Below, in pieces: positions 1 through 9,458 of a stretch of 64,000 nt of DNA. The translations under genes and the position numbers were made by a program. The DNA is taken from the NCBI GenBank assembly GCA_963771535.1, contig CAVYTK010000004.1, positions 322,950 to 386,949 of the forward strand, given 5' to 3'. A model generated the notes under the pieces. The model was not told the DNA's origin, ran no database searches, and saw nothing but the letters and a program-made list of their open reading frames with translations. This stretch comes from an uncultured Acidobacteriaceae bacterium (GTDB taxonomy: Bacteria; Acidobacteriota; Terriglobia; Terriglobales; Acidobacteriaceae). Numbering within the stretch: the stretch's first letter is position 1; each line of letters starts with the position of its first letter.

Positions 1-1231
1 TGCCGCCCTGGACCACGTACATGATGTTGCGGTTGGGCACCGACAGCAAGCCGGTAACCGGACCCAGCGGGGGGAACGGCGGGTCGGGCGTCATGGTCGT
101 CAGGTCCACGACGGAAAGGCATCCCGTGACCGTGTTGTTGCAGGTCTTGGCGCCGATGTAGAGCTTGTTGTTGTTGATCGCCATCTTCCACTGCTGCCCG
201 TCGTTGATGGAGATGGAATTCGCCGTTGTCCGGGTCATGGTCGTGGTATCGACGATGTCCAGGGTTCCGTTGTTACCGCCGGCAAATCCCGCGACATACA
301 GCGTGGTGCCGTTCAGCAGGCCGACGGTGGCGCCGCCCACCACCGTTGTACTGGTGATGGTCTGGGTAGTCATGTTAAACGCCGCTACCGAAGGAGGCGC
401 GCTGCCTCCGCACTGGTTGCCGCAGTTCAGCACGTAAGCGGTATTGCCGTCGCTGCTGAAGAAGGCATTGACCGGACGCGAGAATCCTGGGATCGCGATC
501 GGGGTATACGTGTTGCTGCTGACATTGGTCACCCACATGGAGTCGGCGTTGTCGGCGAACGCCAGTAAAACACTGCCCGCCGGATTCAGCGCCACCCACC
601 GCACCGAGGGTATCGGAATATAGGTCGACAGAGTACCGGTGGTAACGTCGACCAGTTGCACCGCCCCCGGAGCGGTTCCCTCGATGGCAACATTGCCGGT
701 GGGAACGTACAGCGTATTGGAATCGGGCGAGAACACTTCCATCGCCGCCCAGGCTGGCAGCGTCACCGTCGAGGTTGCCGTCTGCGTCGAGTTAGTTACC
801 AGGCCAATGGAGGCGGTCGGCGGCTCGTACACAGCAGTCATTGCCCCGCTGGGACTGCGCGCCAGAAACGTGGCCGAGATGCCCACCGGAATGTTTACCG
901 ACAAATCGGCAATCTGATTGGTGGTATTGGTGTTGTAACTCGACGAAGAATAGAACGCCGTGGTGTCGTTGGCGCTGTCGACAATCTGCAGGTTGCCGGA
1001 ATACTGGTTGCTGATGTAAGCCCGGTGCGTGATGCTGTTCTTGGGATTGGTGATGGTGTTGCCGTTCGACAGGGTGTACTGGTTGTTGTTGTTTCCACCG
1101 CAGGAGACAAACGCCAGCATGCAGGTCGCCGCTGCCAAGAGAGCCAAAACTCGATTCAAAACTCTGCCCCGCAATTCTTTGCTGTTATACCTAAGTTGTT
1201 GGAAAAGTGAATTATAACAAAGCGAACGCAT
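1..1231 (-). CDS. Lipoprotein with YVTN-type beta-propeller repeats (3' end runs off the window)
   Basis: Absent from the ORF track because no stop lies inside the window. My own translation of the minus strand from ATG 1231-1229 reads MRSLCYNSLFQQLRYNSKELRGRVLNRVLALLAAATCMLAFVSCGGNNNNQYTLSNGNTITNPK... and stays open to base 1. It has a signal peptide and a lipobox-like FVSC. Recurring NTLYVP / NTAYVLN / TTLYVAG / NKLYIGA / IMYVVQGG strands match YVTN propellers. Confidence 0.6.
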   Translation of the reverse strand, partial: MRSLCYNSLFQQLRYNSKELRGRVLNRVLALLAAATCMLAFVSCGGNNNNQYTLSNGNTITNPKNSITHRAYISNQYSGNLQIVDSANDTTAFYSSSSYNTNTTNQIADLSVNIPVGISATFLARSPSGAMTAVYEPPTASIGLVTNSTQTATSTVTLPAWAAMEVFSPDSNTLYVPTGNVAIEGTAPGAVQLVDVTTGTLSTYIPIPSVRWVALNPAGSVLLAFADNADSMWVTNVSSNTYTPIAIPGFSRPVNAFFSSDGNTAYVLNCGNQCGGSAPPSVAAFNMTTQTITSTTVVGGATVGLLNGTTLYVAGFAGGNNGTLDIVDTTTMTRTTANSISINDGQQWKMAINNNKLYIGAKTCNNTVTGCLSVVDLTTMTPDPPFPPLGPVTGLLSVPNRNIMYVVQGG

Positions 1232-1308
1232 CGACCCTCCACGGCTTTGCCGGCCTGCAGCTTCATGTACGATAGAGTTCTGCGCCTTTACGGTCGCAGA
1301 CACGCAGT

Positions 1309-3168
1309 ATGGCCACTGACCTGCTAACTCGATTGCAAGCCGGCGCCGTTCTTTGTGACGGAGCCATGGGTACGCTGCTGTACTCCAAGGGCATTTTCAT
1401 CAATCGCTGCTACGACGAGCTCAACCTCTCGCAGCCCGACCTGATTCGCACCATCCATCACGACTACCTCCAGGCCGGCGCAGAGATCGTAGAAACAAAC
1501 ACCTTTGGCGCGAATTCGTTTCGCCTGGGCCGGCACGGATGTGTTGACCGCCTGGTGGACATCAATCGCATGGGCGCTCGCGTGGCTCGCGAGGCCGCCA
1601 AGAGCTTCGACGCCCTGGTCGCCGGAGCCGTAGGACCGCTCGGCGTGCGCATCGAGCCCCTGGGCAAAATCTCCCTTTCGGAGGCCCGCGACGCCTTTCG
1701 CGAACAGATTGCGGCGCTCAATGAAGAGGGCATCGACCTCATCATTCTCGAAACCTTCGGCTACCTTGAGGAACTGCACCAGGCACTGCTGGCGGCGCGC
1801 GACGTCAATCCCAACCTGCCTGTGGTCGCGCAGGTGACGATCGACGAAGATGGCAACTGCCTCGACGGCTCCAGTCCCGAGCACTACGGCCCGCAGCTTC
1901 AGGCATGGGGAGCCGAGGTCGTCGGTTGTAATTGCAGTGTCGGTCCGGTCGCCATGCTCGACGCCATGGAGCGGGTGCGCGCCGTGACCACGGTTCCTCT
2001 GTCAGCCCAGCCCAACGCCGGCATGCCGCGCTCGGTGGAAGGCCGCAACATCTATCTGTGCTCGCCCGAATACATGGCGAGCTATGCCAAGAAGTTCGTC
2101 GAAGTCGGCGTCAGCCTGGTTGGCGGATGCTGCGGCACTACTCCCGAGCACATCCACAGCATGAAGTCGCGTCTTCGCGTCGGTTCGGCGCGCACCACTT
2201 CGTTCAAGCCGGTGGCTGCTCCTGCCGCCCATCCCGTCGAAAGCATTCCGCTCGAGGAGCGCTCGCAACTGGGACGCAAGATTGCCCACGGCGAGTTCGT
2301 GACCATGGTCGAGATCGTTCCGCCCAAAGGCACCGACGCTGGCAAGGAGATCGAGGGCGCGAAGTTCCTGAAGTCGGTGGGCGTGGATGCGGTCAACATT
2401 CCTGACAGCCCGCGTGCCTCGGCGCGCATGGGCAACCAGGCGCTGTGCCTGCTGGTCGCCCAACAGGTCGGCATCGAGCCCATCCTGCATTACACCTGCC
2501 GCGATCGCAACGTGCTGGGCATTCAGTCGGACCTGCTGGGAGCTAGCGCGATCGGCATCAACAATCTCATCTGCATCACCGGCGATCCGCCGAAGATGGG
2601 CGACTATCCCGACGCGACCGCGGTCTTCGACGTGGATGCCATCGGCCTGGTCAACATCGTCCACAACCTGAATCGCGGGTTGGACATCGGCGCGAACCCG
2701 ATCGGCAATGCCACCCGTTTCGTCATCGCTGTGGGCGCCAATCCCGGGGCCGACAACATCGAGGAAGAGATTCGCCGCTTCGAATACAAGGTCCAGGCGG
2801 GAGCCGAGTTGGCCGTGACCCAGCCCGTCTTCGATCTGCGCCTGCTGGAAGAGTTCCTGAAGAACATCGCGCACTGCCGCATTCCAGTGGTTGCCGGCAT
2901 CTGGCCGCTGACCAGCGCCCGCAATGCCGAGTTCATGAAGAACGAGCTGCGCGTCTCCATCCCCGACGACGTCATCGAGCGCATGGTCAAGGCCAATACC
3001 GCCGAAGCCGCACGCGCCGAAGGCGTGGCCATCGCCCGCGACATGCTCTCCGCCGTACGCGAGATGGTGCAAGGCGCACAGATCGCCGCTCCTTTCGGCC
3101 GCTACTCCTGCGCCGTCGATGTGCTCGAAGCGCTGGGCGGCAAAGGCGTAAGCTGCGCCACGGTGTAG
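1309..3168 (+). CDS. yitJ: Bifunctional homocysteine S-methyltransferase / 5,10-methylenetetrahydrofolate reductase
   Basis: 619-aa ORF. The N-half is a homocysteine-binding methyltransferase domain (VLCDGAMGTLLY, ETNTFGAN, GCNCSVGP, GGCCGTTPEHI). The C-half has the MetF/MTHFR fold (VTMVEIVPPKG, HYTCRDRN, ITGDPP, AVGANPGA). This is the same fusion as B. subtilis YitJ. Confidence 0.9.
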   Translation: MATDLLTRLQAGAVLCDGAMGTLLYSKGIFINRCYDELNLSQPDLIRTIHHDYLQAGAEIVETNTFGANSFRLGRHGCVDRLVDINRMGARVAREAAKSFDALVAGAVGPLGVRIEPLGKISLSEARDAFREQIAALNEEGIDLIILETFGYLEELHQALLAARDVNPNLPVVAQVTIDEDGNCLDGSSPEHYGPQLQAWGAEVVGCNCSVGPVAMLDAMERVRAVTTVPLSAQPNAGMPRSVEGRNIYLCSPEYMASYAKKFVEVGVSLVGGCCGTTPEHIHSMKSRLRVGSARTTSFKPVAAPAAHPVESIPLEERSQLGRKIAHGEFVTMVEIVPPKGTDAGKEIEGAKFLKSVGVDAVNIPDSPRASARMGNQALCLLVAQQVGIEPILHYTCRDRNVLGIQSDLLGASAIGINNLICITGDPPKMGDYPDATAVFDVDAIGLVNIVHNLNRGLDIGANPIGNATRFVIAVGANPGADNIEEEIRRFEYKVQAGAELAVTQPVFDLRLLEEFLKNIAHCRIPVVAGIWPLTSARNAEFMKNELRVSIPDDVIERMVKANTAEAARAEGVAIARDMLSAVREMVQGAQIAAPFGRYSCAVDVLEALGGKGVSCATV

Positions 3169-3176
3169 CGGAAGAA

Positions 3177-3450
3177 GCAACTAGCAATTAGCAATTAGTA
3201 ATTAGTAATTAGATAGATTACTGATCAGCGCTGAGTAGTTGCTGATAGACCATTAGTTAAAGAATCGGGTGCCCCATTCCGCCATCCTTTGGCGGGGTGG
3301 GGCTTTTGGTTTGTCACCACGAGCTTTGAAATTGTCGTCACGAGCGCAGCGAGGGATCTGCTCTTTATTCCCAGAGACGATAACGTGGAGCCCATCGATG
3401 ACACCGGCCGCACCCGACAATCCCCACCCGGGCAAACCCGGCCCCCAGCT
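3177..3450. repeat. Intergenic modular repeat block (heptamer array, conserved 35-nt module, wobble hairpin, GAGGGATCTGCTCT core, GGGCAAACCCGG hairpin)
   Basis: 3177-3216 holds TTAGCAA/TTAGTAA heptamers. 3219-3252 (ctgatcagcgctgagtagttgctgatagacca) recurs inverted at 9795-9832. The hairpin at 3272-3302 recurs at 22298-22330, 22990-23022 and 25804-25834. The core at 3333-3364 (gtcgtcacgagcgcagcgagggatctgctct) recurs at least 9 times in the window. 3422-3446 (ccccacccgggcaaacccggcccc) recurs at 9757-9790 and 25745-25775. Confidence 0.85.
3272..3312 (+). terminator. Putative intrinsic terminator formed by the repeat hairpin
   Basis: CCCCATTCCGCC-N7-GGCGGGGTGGGG forms a 12-bp stem with two U-G wobbles on this strand only. 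It is followed by CTTTTGGTTTG and lies about 100 nt downstream of the yitJ-like stop. Confidence 0.45.
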
Positions 3451-3452
3451 TC

Positions 3453-4397
3453 TTATCGCGTCATCGGCGCAATTACACTTGAGTCCACCATTGACTGAAG
3501 CGTCTGCTCATCGGCTCGAAATTGCATCCGGATCATCTCCTCAGAACTATCCACGTCAAGGTTGTCGGCGATGGTTTTTGTAGTTCGTGAAGAACTAAGT
3601 TTAGTGTAGAGGAGGTCTGCCTTTATCAGTGAGGCAAGGAGCGCGGCGGTAATCGTGTCGGGAGTCTTCAAATTCACCTCGAGTGTCGCTCCGTCTCCGA
3701 AAGTCAGCTTATAGTCTGACGCCAACAACCGGCTGGCGACCGGGCCGAAGTCGCCCGCGGCGCGGCCCCGGCCAATCGCCGTACGAATCATGCTCTGCGT
3801 GGCCACCCGGTCAAGCACACTCCACGCCGGCGCTTCAGAAACATCCGAGATAAGGTCGTTTACCTTGCCGTTGAATTCCAATGACTGAGCGCCGTTGTCG
3901 CGTACGTTGATCGCGCCTTTAACCGCTGAGGCCTCTCCCCACAATACCGTCGATGGGTCGAGAAATAACAGGCGAGTGCCACCACCTATAGGATATAGAT
4001 AAGAGAGCAGGTATTTCTCCGGCTTGATCTTCTTTAGCTTCAGCCTTTCTAATACATCTTTCTGGTTAAATGTTCCTTGGGCGATGACTATGGTATGCAG
4101 CAGATCTCCGGCGCCATGGTAGCTCACCAGGGTAACCTGGTCGATATCCGTCTCGGGATTGATACCGGCCTTCGCAACCGTCATCTCCACTTCGGCTAAC
4201 TTCCCCGGCAGTAGCAGGGCTTTCAGTGAATGCGCGCTCCGAAGATTCCGGAGCGCGCGATAGTCAATGGACGTGATTTGCTGAACTGCTGAAGGTACCG
4301 CGCTTCGCACGACACTGCTGAGTGGAGCGGCAGATATCGATGAACTGGTCAGAACACCGATAACCAATACGACCATGTGAAGCTGCTTCTTATTCAC
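3453..4397 (-). CDS. Secreted hypothetical protein
   Basis: 314-aa ORF with signal peptide MNKKQLHMVVLVIGVLTSSSISAAP. Composition looks coding and no recognisable catalytic motif is present. GC is locally lower than in neighbouring genes. Confidence 0.75.
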   Translation of the reverse strand: MNKKQLHMVVLVIGVLTSSSISAAPLSSVVRSAVPSAVQQITSIDYRALRNLRSAHSLKALLLPGKLAEVEMTVAKAGINPETDIDQVTLVSYHGAGDLLHTIVIAQGTFNQKDVLERLKLKKIKPEKYLLSYLYPIGGGTRLLFLDPSTVLWGEASAVKGAINVRDNGAQSLEFNGKVNDLISDVSEAPAWSVLDRVATQSMIRTAIGRGRAAGDFGPVASRLLASDYKLTFGDGATLEVNLKTPDTITAALLASLIKADLLYTKLSSSRTTKTIADNLDVDSSEEMIRMQFRADEQTLQSMVDSSVIAPMTR

Positions 4398-4461
4398 GGT
4401 ACCTTCCTTGCAGTTATTGGTTCACAACGCTATTTGCAACCACCGAAATCTGCAGAGTTCC

Positions 4462-5789
4462 TTACCGGAATCTGTAGATGTTCCCATCCTGATCGGTTGT
4501 ATACACCGACGTTCCAAACACGGTGGGCCCGGTCTGCACAGACGAGTTGTCTCCAAACCAGCCGCTCAGGCTGAGACTGGTGCCGCTCACGTCAAATGCC
4601 TCTAGTTGTCCTTGTCCGTTGTTTGTCGTGCCGACGAAGATGATTTCATTGTTGCCCACGTTGGCGACCGCGGGAGACGAGAATTCGACTGGGCCTCCAA
4701 CCGACCCTGCCCAGAGCACTCCACCACCGCCGCTACAGCGGGCATCCACCTTCTGCAGGCCATGGCTGCTTCCAACGTAGGCAACCGGTTGCCCATTCTC
4801 TGTCACCAGAGCTGGCGAGGCATTGATCTCACCGAAGACCGGAAGGTACCCTGGATCCCAGCAAGCCTTCCCAGTATCGGCATCGTAGGCACGGAGCGAG
4901 CCTATGCTCGGAAATGCCGGCAGCGATGAGCCGATGAAGACGGTGTTGTTCAGAACCGCAGGTGCTGCCACAGTACTACCCGAAAAGCGCAGAATGCCTG
5001 CGAACTCAGGCGTGCCCCAGGCCTCGGAACCATCCCCATCGTTGAAGGCAAAGGTTTCCTGGGTGGTGGAATTCATGAAGGTTGCGATGATCACGTAAAC
5101 CTTCCCTTTGTGGTTGTGACAATCGACGGCGACGTGTAGAAGCCTTGGTAAGTAGCTCCCACGCCCTGGGACTGCCACACCGCCGCGCACTGCTTTTGGT
5201 TGTTGGTGCACTTGGCAGGATCAAATTTGTAGACGTGGCCGTCACCGCTGGGGGCATACACGAAGCCGTTGTAGATGGTCGGCGACGGTCCCTGGAACGT
5301 GGGGGAATTGTGGTTTGCCACTAATCCGTACCACAGCAGCGTTCCTTTCAACTCATCGATTGCATAGAGCTTGTCGGCGTCCATGGCATACACAACGTAC
5401 CGGGTGTCATCCACCGCGGGGGTTGAGTTGATGCTTCCCGATGCTAGTGAAAAGGGCGGCCACGCCTGGACGTTCTTGTCAGGATCCCAGGCGATCAGGT
5501 CACTGCCTCCATCGGCGAAAAGTAGAGTGTTGTGCGGAGGGAGCGGATTCAAGATCGTGTTGAGCTGGTCTACCACAACCTGGGAATTGAAGATGTAAGC
5601 GTAACTGCTGTTGTAGACCATACTGGGAACCATTGCTGCGACATTGGCCGGCTGCAGAAGGGACATTGAATTTTGCCCGGAGTGATTGGCGTCATTCCGG
5701 AACTGCCGCCAGCTGTTGTTGCTACAGCCTGTTAGGGCAAAAACAAGTAACAAGCCGGGCAGAAGCATTGCGATCTTTGGCTGTGACAT
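4462..5789 (-). CDS. PQQ-like/beta-propeller lipoprotein, apparently frameshifted
   Basis: ORF 5091..5789 starts with lipoprotein signal MSQPKIAMLLPGLLLVFALTGCSNN and has RBS GGAGGAG. ORF 4462..5211 continues the propeller in another frame (KGKVYVIIATF..., VAYVGSS, IIFVGTT, SVYTTDQDGNIYRF). The frames meet at ...SPSIVTTTKG|KVYVII... over the ccc/ttt runs at 5105-5109. Confidence 0.65.
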
Positions 5790-6206
5790 TAGTACTCCTC
5801 CTTAAATGGTTTCAACTCTGTGAAAATGGCCGAGGACTAGCAGCGCGACCGCTTTTCCGACTGCGCTGTTTTGTCCACGTTGTGGGTGTGAGGACCATCT
5901 TTTCCGAGTCGGCACATCGCCTAACTTCCGAAGCCAGGAGATCTTTGCCAACCGCTTGACCCCACACCCCAACCGCATGGCCGGAGAATGAGCCCACACC
6001 GTCGCGGGGTCAATGCACGCGAGGTGAGTTGCCGGTGAGTAGTTGGTGAGAGCGAAGCGAGAGGTGGAAGTCGCTGATTCTTCAGGGAGTGGGGCCGATG
6101 ACAAGACCCATGCGGAGTTCGATTCCCTGGTAATAACCCAAAGTCACTGCTTCTTTACACAACCGTAACAGTAGTACAATTACCGCCCAGCCCATTTTCC
6201 AAGTCT

Positions 6207-9200
6207 ATGGAACACAGCCTCTCGGCCTATGTCCGGTTCGGCGAGTTCGAGCTTGATTTGAAGAGCGGGCGGCTCTGCGGCAATGGCCAGGCTATCTACC
6301 TCGCCGAGAAGCCCTTTCGACTCCTTCTGGTACTGATCGATCACCAGGGTGGACTCGTCAATCGCGAGGACATCAAAAGGAAGCTCTGGCCCAACGACAC
6401 TGCCGTCGATTTCGAGCACGGAATCAATACGGCGATCAAAAGTCTGCGGCGCAGCCTAGGCGATTCCGCCGACCAGCCCACCTACATCGAGACGGTTCCT
6501 CGCCGCGGCTATCGCCTGATGGTTCCGGTGGAGCGCATCGTCGCATCCGTAGAGCCAGCGGGCTCACAGCTCGCGCGCCTCGCCGGAGGCCTCGCGGAAG
6601 GTCCCGGCGTACAGGCACCCCGGGGGGAGCTGATCGGAAGAACGGTTTCCCATTACCGCGTGCTTGGCATTATCGGCGGCGGCGGTATGGGCGTGGTCTA
6701 TCGCGCGGAAGACTTAAAGCTGGGTCGGGCCGTAGCCCTGAAGTTTCTGCCGGAAGAGTTGGGCAGCGACCCGCTTGCGCTGGAGCGATTCAGCCGCGAA
6801 GCGCGCTCCGCCTCCTCCCTCGACCATGTAAACATCTGTTCGATTCACGAGTTTGGCGAGCACGATGGGCACCCTTTCATCGTCATGCAATTGCTGGAAG
6901 GGCAGACATTGCGCGACCGTCTGATGGCCAGTCAGGGACCGCTTCCGCTGGCAGAGTTGCTCGACATTGCAATTCAGGTGAGTCACGGCCTGCAGACGGC
7001 GCATGACAAGGGCATCATTCACCGTGACATCAAGCCGGCCAACATCTTCCTCACCCGCAAGGGGGTCTGCAAGGTCCTTGACTTCGGCCTGGCCAAGCTG
7101 CTCGAAGCCGAAGAAGAAGCCGTTGCTGTGGCCGGTGCTTCCTCCGGCGCTTCGTCGTCAGTGCCCCTGGGCTTTACCCTGAGCCGGACCGGCTCGACCA
7201 TGGGAACGGCAGGCTACATGTCTCCCGAGCAGGTGCGGGGTGAGAAGTTGGACGCCCGCTCCGACCTCTTTTCCTTTGGCCTTGTTCTTTATGAGATGGC
7301 TACAGGACATCGCGCCTTCGGCGGCGACACGGCTGCGGTGGTTCAAACCGCTATCCTGCAAGCGGCGGCTGTGCCCGTGCAGGAGCTCAACCCAGCACTA
7401 CCTTCCAGGTTGATCGCCATCATCGACAAGAGCTTGCAGAAAGATCGAGAGGCAAGATACCAGACAGTCGCCGAGCTGCTGGCAGAGTTGCAGGACCTCG
7501 AGCTGGAGACCAAGCCCTCCCGGCCGTCGCGCTTCTGGCCCCATCACAAGGCATGGGTGGGCGCCGGCACCTTGGCTGTGCTTGGGATAGTTGGCGTGCT
7601 GCTGTACTGGCGTTCCCACAGGGCTGCACCGAACTTCGGCCAGCGAGGCACGGTAGTGATCTCCGACTTCGTGAATACCACGGGTGAGGCTGTATTCGAC
7701 GGCTCCCTGCGGCAAGCGGTCGCTTTACAAATGGGGCAGTCTCCGTACCTCAACGTCCTCCCCGACAACAAGCTGCGAGCCACTCTCCAGCAGATGGAAA
7801 AAGCTCCCGGCGAGCCATTGACGCCGGAAATTGCCGCTGAAATCTGCCTCAGGACGCACAGCAACGCCGTTCTTGCTGGATCGATCGCGCGCGTCGACAG
7901 CGCGTACCGGCTGATATTGAAAGCCCAGAGCTGCCAAACCGGAGATCCTTTCGAGGTTGTGGGGGCGCAGGCCAAAGACCAGAAGCAAGTGTTGCCTGCT
8001 TTGAATCAGGCCGCGAACGAAATGCGCAGAAGACTAGGTGAGTCTCTCGCCTCCGTACAAAAATTCGACCAGCCATTGCTCGAAGCTACCACCACATCTT
8101 TAGCAGCTTTGCAGGAGCTATCCAAGACCAGGGCCTATGGAACGCCGAGCGAGAATATTCCCTATGTGAAGCGCGCATTGGAACTGGATCCAAACTTCGC
8201 CTGGGCCTATGAACAGTTAGGTGCGAGCTATTGGAATGTGGGCGAGGGTAGTTTGGGAGCGCAATACATCTCCAAGGGCTTTGCGCTTAGGGACAAGGCA
8301 AGCCCGAGGGAGCGCTTCCAGATTGAGACCGCATACTACTCGCTGGTCACTCGAGAGTTGGAGAAAGGTGAGCAATCCGCCAGGGAATGGGCACTGAGCT
8401 ATCCCGGAGATTGGTCGCCGCATAATGCTTTGTCCATTATTTATGCCCAGGCCGGCAGGCCCGATGATGCGGTCCGCGAGATTCAGGAAGTCATCCGGCT
8501 GGTTCCGGAGAATCCCGGGGCGTATGGCAACCTGATGGAAATGGCCTGTGCCGCCAACAAGCTGAGCCTGGCGCAGTTTGCCTATGACCAGGCCCACAAG
8601 CGAAACCTGGATAGTCCGTATCTGCGTGAGTCGCGGTACATGCTGGCCTTCCTTCAGCAGGACGAGACGGCCATGCGCGAGCAGCTGCAATGGGCGGCGG
8701 GCAAGCCCAGGACGGAAGATGTGATGCTGCAGCATCAGGCGGATACCGAGTCGTACTACGGACGCATTCAGCGGTCGCGCGAAGTTGCGCGGCGAGCGGT
8801 AGAGTCTGCCAAGTCTGCCGATGCCATGGAAGCGGCTTCGCAATGGGAGCTACGGCAGGCGCTCGCCGAAGTTGAGTTGGGCAATTACAGCCGGGCCCAG
8901 CGGCTGACCGCCGACGCCCTCGCTCTGAGCAATGGGCGAGACAATCGCATCGTCGCTGCGCTCATCTATGCTCGCGCGGGAGACACCGCGAAGGCTAAAA
9001 GCCTGGGCGATGTACTGAATCAGGAGTTTTCCCTGGATACACTGCTTCAGAACGTCGCGCTCCCCAGTATCCGGGCAGCCACGGCACTGCAGCAGCACAA
9101 GCCTTTCCAGGCGATTGAGGTGCTCGGAGTAAGCGGACCTTACGAACTTGCTCAAGGTGGCATCAGCTACATCTACCCAGCTTATCTGCGTGGCCAGGCC

Positions 9201-9458
9201 TACCTTCAGACAAACCAGCCGGAGCGCGCCGTGGCTGAGTTTCGCAAGCTGATCAACAATCCCGGTACCGTGGGGAATTTCGTTAGTGGGGCGTTAGTCC
9301 ATCTACAACTAGGGCGAGCGCAAACAAGTATGGGCGAAACGGAAGCAGCTCGTAACTCTTACAAGGAATTTCTTACTCTCTGGAAGGATGCTGACCCCGA
9401 CATTCCTATCTACCAACAAGCGAAGGCCGAGTATGCGAAGCTAGTAACCAGCAACTAG
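6207..9458 (+). CDS. Winged-helix (OmpR/PhoB-type) DNA-binding domain fused to a Ser/Thr protein kinase, a TM segment and TPR-like repeats
   Basis: wHTH: FGEFELDLKSGRL...ETVPRRGYRL. Hanks kinase core: GGGGMGVVYRAEDLKLGRAVALKFL, HRDIKPANIFL, DFGLAK, GTAGYMSPEQ. TM: AWVGAGTLAVLGIVGVLLYW. The long C-terminal region is helical-repeat. Confidence 0.9.
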   Translation: MEHSLSAYVRFGEFELDLKSGRLCGNGQAIYLAEKPFRLLLVLIDHQGGLVNREDIKRKLWPNDTAVDFEHGINTAIKSLRRSLGDSADQPTYIETVPRRGYRLMVPVERIVASVEPAGSQLARLAGGLAEGPGVQAPRGELIGRTVSHYRVLGIIGGGGMGVVYRAEDLKLGRAVALKFLPEELGSDPLALERFSREARSASSLDHVNICSIHEFGEHDGHPFIVMQLLEGQTLRDRLMASQGPLPLAELLDIAIQVSHGLQTAHDKGIIHRDIKPANIFLTRKGVCKVLDFGLAKLLEAEEEAVAVAGASSGASSSVPLGFTLSRTGSTMGTAGYMSPEQVRGEKLDARSDLFSFGLVLYEMATGHRAFGGDTAAVVQTAILQAAAVPVQELNPALPSRLIAIIDKSLQKDREARYQTVAELLAELQDLELETKPSRPSRFWPHHKAWVGAGTLAVLGIVGVLLYWRSHRAAPNFGQRGTVVISDFVNTTGEAVFDGSLRQAVALQMGQSPYLNVLPDNKLRATLQQMEKAPGEPLTPEIAAEICLRTHSNAVLAGSIARVDSAYRLILKAQSCQTGDPFEVVGAQAKDQKQVLPALNQAANEMRRRLGESLASVQKFDQPLLEATTTSLAALQELSKTRAYGTPSENIPYVKRALELDPNFAWAYEQLGASYWNVGEGSLGAQYISKGFALRDKASPRERFQIETAYYSLVTRELEKGEQSAREWALSYPGDWSPHNALSIIYAQAGRPDDAVREIQEVIRLVPENPGAYGNLMEMACAANKLSLAQFAYDQAHKRNLDSPYLRESRYMLAFLQQDETAMREQLQWAAGKPRTEDVMLQHQADTESYYGRIQRSREVARRAVESAKSADAMEAASQWELRQALAEVELGNYSRAQRLTADALALSNGRDNRIVAALIYARAGDTAKAKSLGDVLNQEFSLDTLLQNVALPSIRAATALQQHKPFQAIEVLGVSGPYELAQGGISYIYPAYLRGQAYLQTNQPERAVAEFRKLINNPGTVGNFVSGALVHLQLGRAQTSMGETEAARNSYKEFLTLWKDADPDIPIYQQAKAEYAKLVTSN

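Noticed and set aside
2002-3180. 392-aa minus-strand ORF antisense to the yitJ-like gene
   Set aside because: This is a shadow ORF of a high-GC gene. It is rich in Arg, Ala, Gly and His, shows no motifs, and is fully contained in a gene with unambiguous domain signatures on the other strand. The same reasoning applies to 1324..1884 and 2604..3044.
3269-3583. Small ORFs (60-104 aa) in the repeat blocks at 3225-3583, 9859-10059, 21401-22009 and 25728-26001
   Set aside because: All are made of the recurring repeat modules. The same peptide fragments (for example ...HERSEGSAL..., ...PPKEGGMGHPE...) recur wherever the DNA repeat recurs, in either orientation relative to genes. That indicates DNA- or RNA-level elements rather than proteins.
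6112-6140. tRNA gene (GTTCGATTCC T-loop followed by ...CCCA)
   Set aside because: Only a T-arm-like and acceptor-3'-like segment is present. No complementary 5' acceptor strand (ttattac), D-arm or anticodon arm lies in the preceding 80 nt, and the T-stem has an A-C mismatch. At most it is a tRNA-derived fragment.
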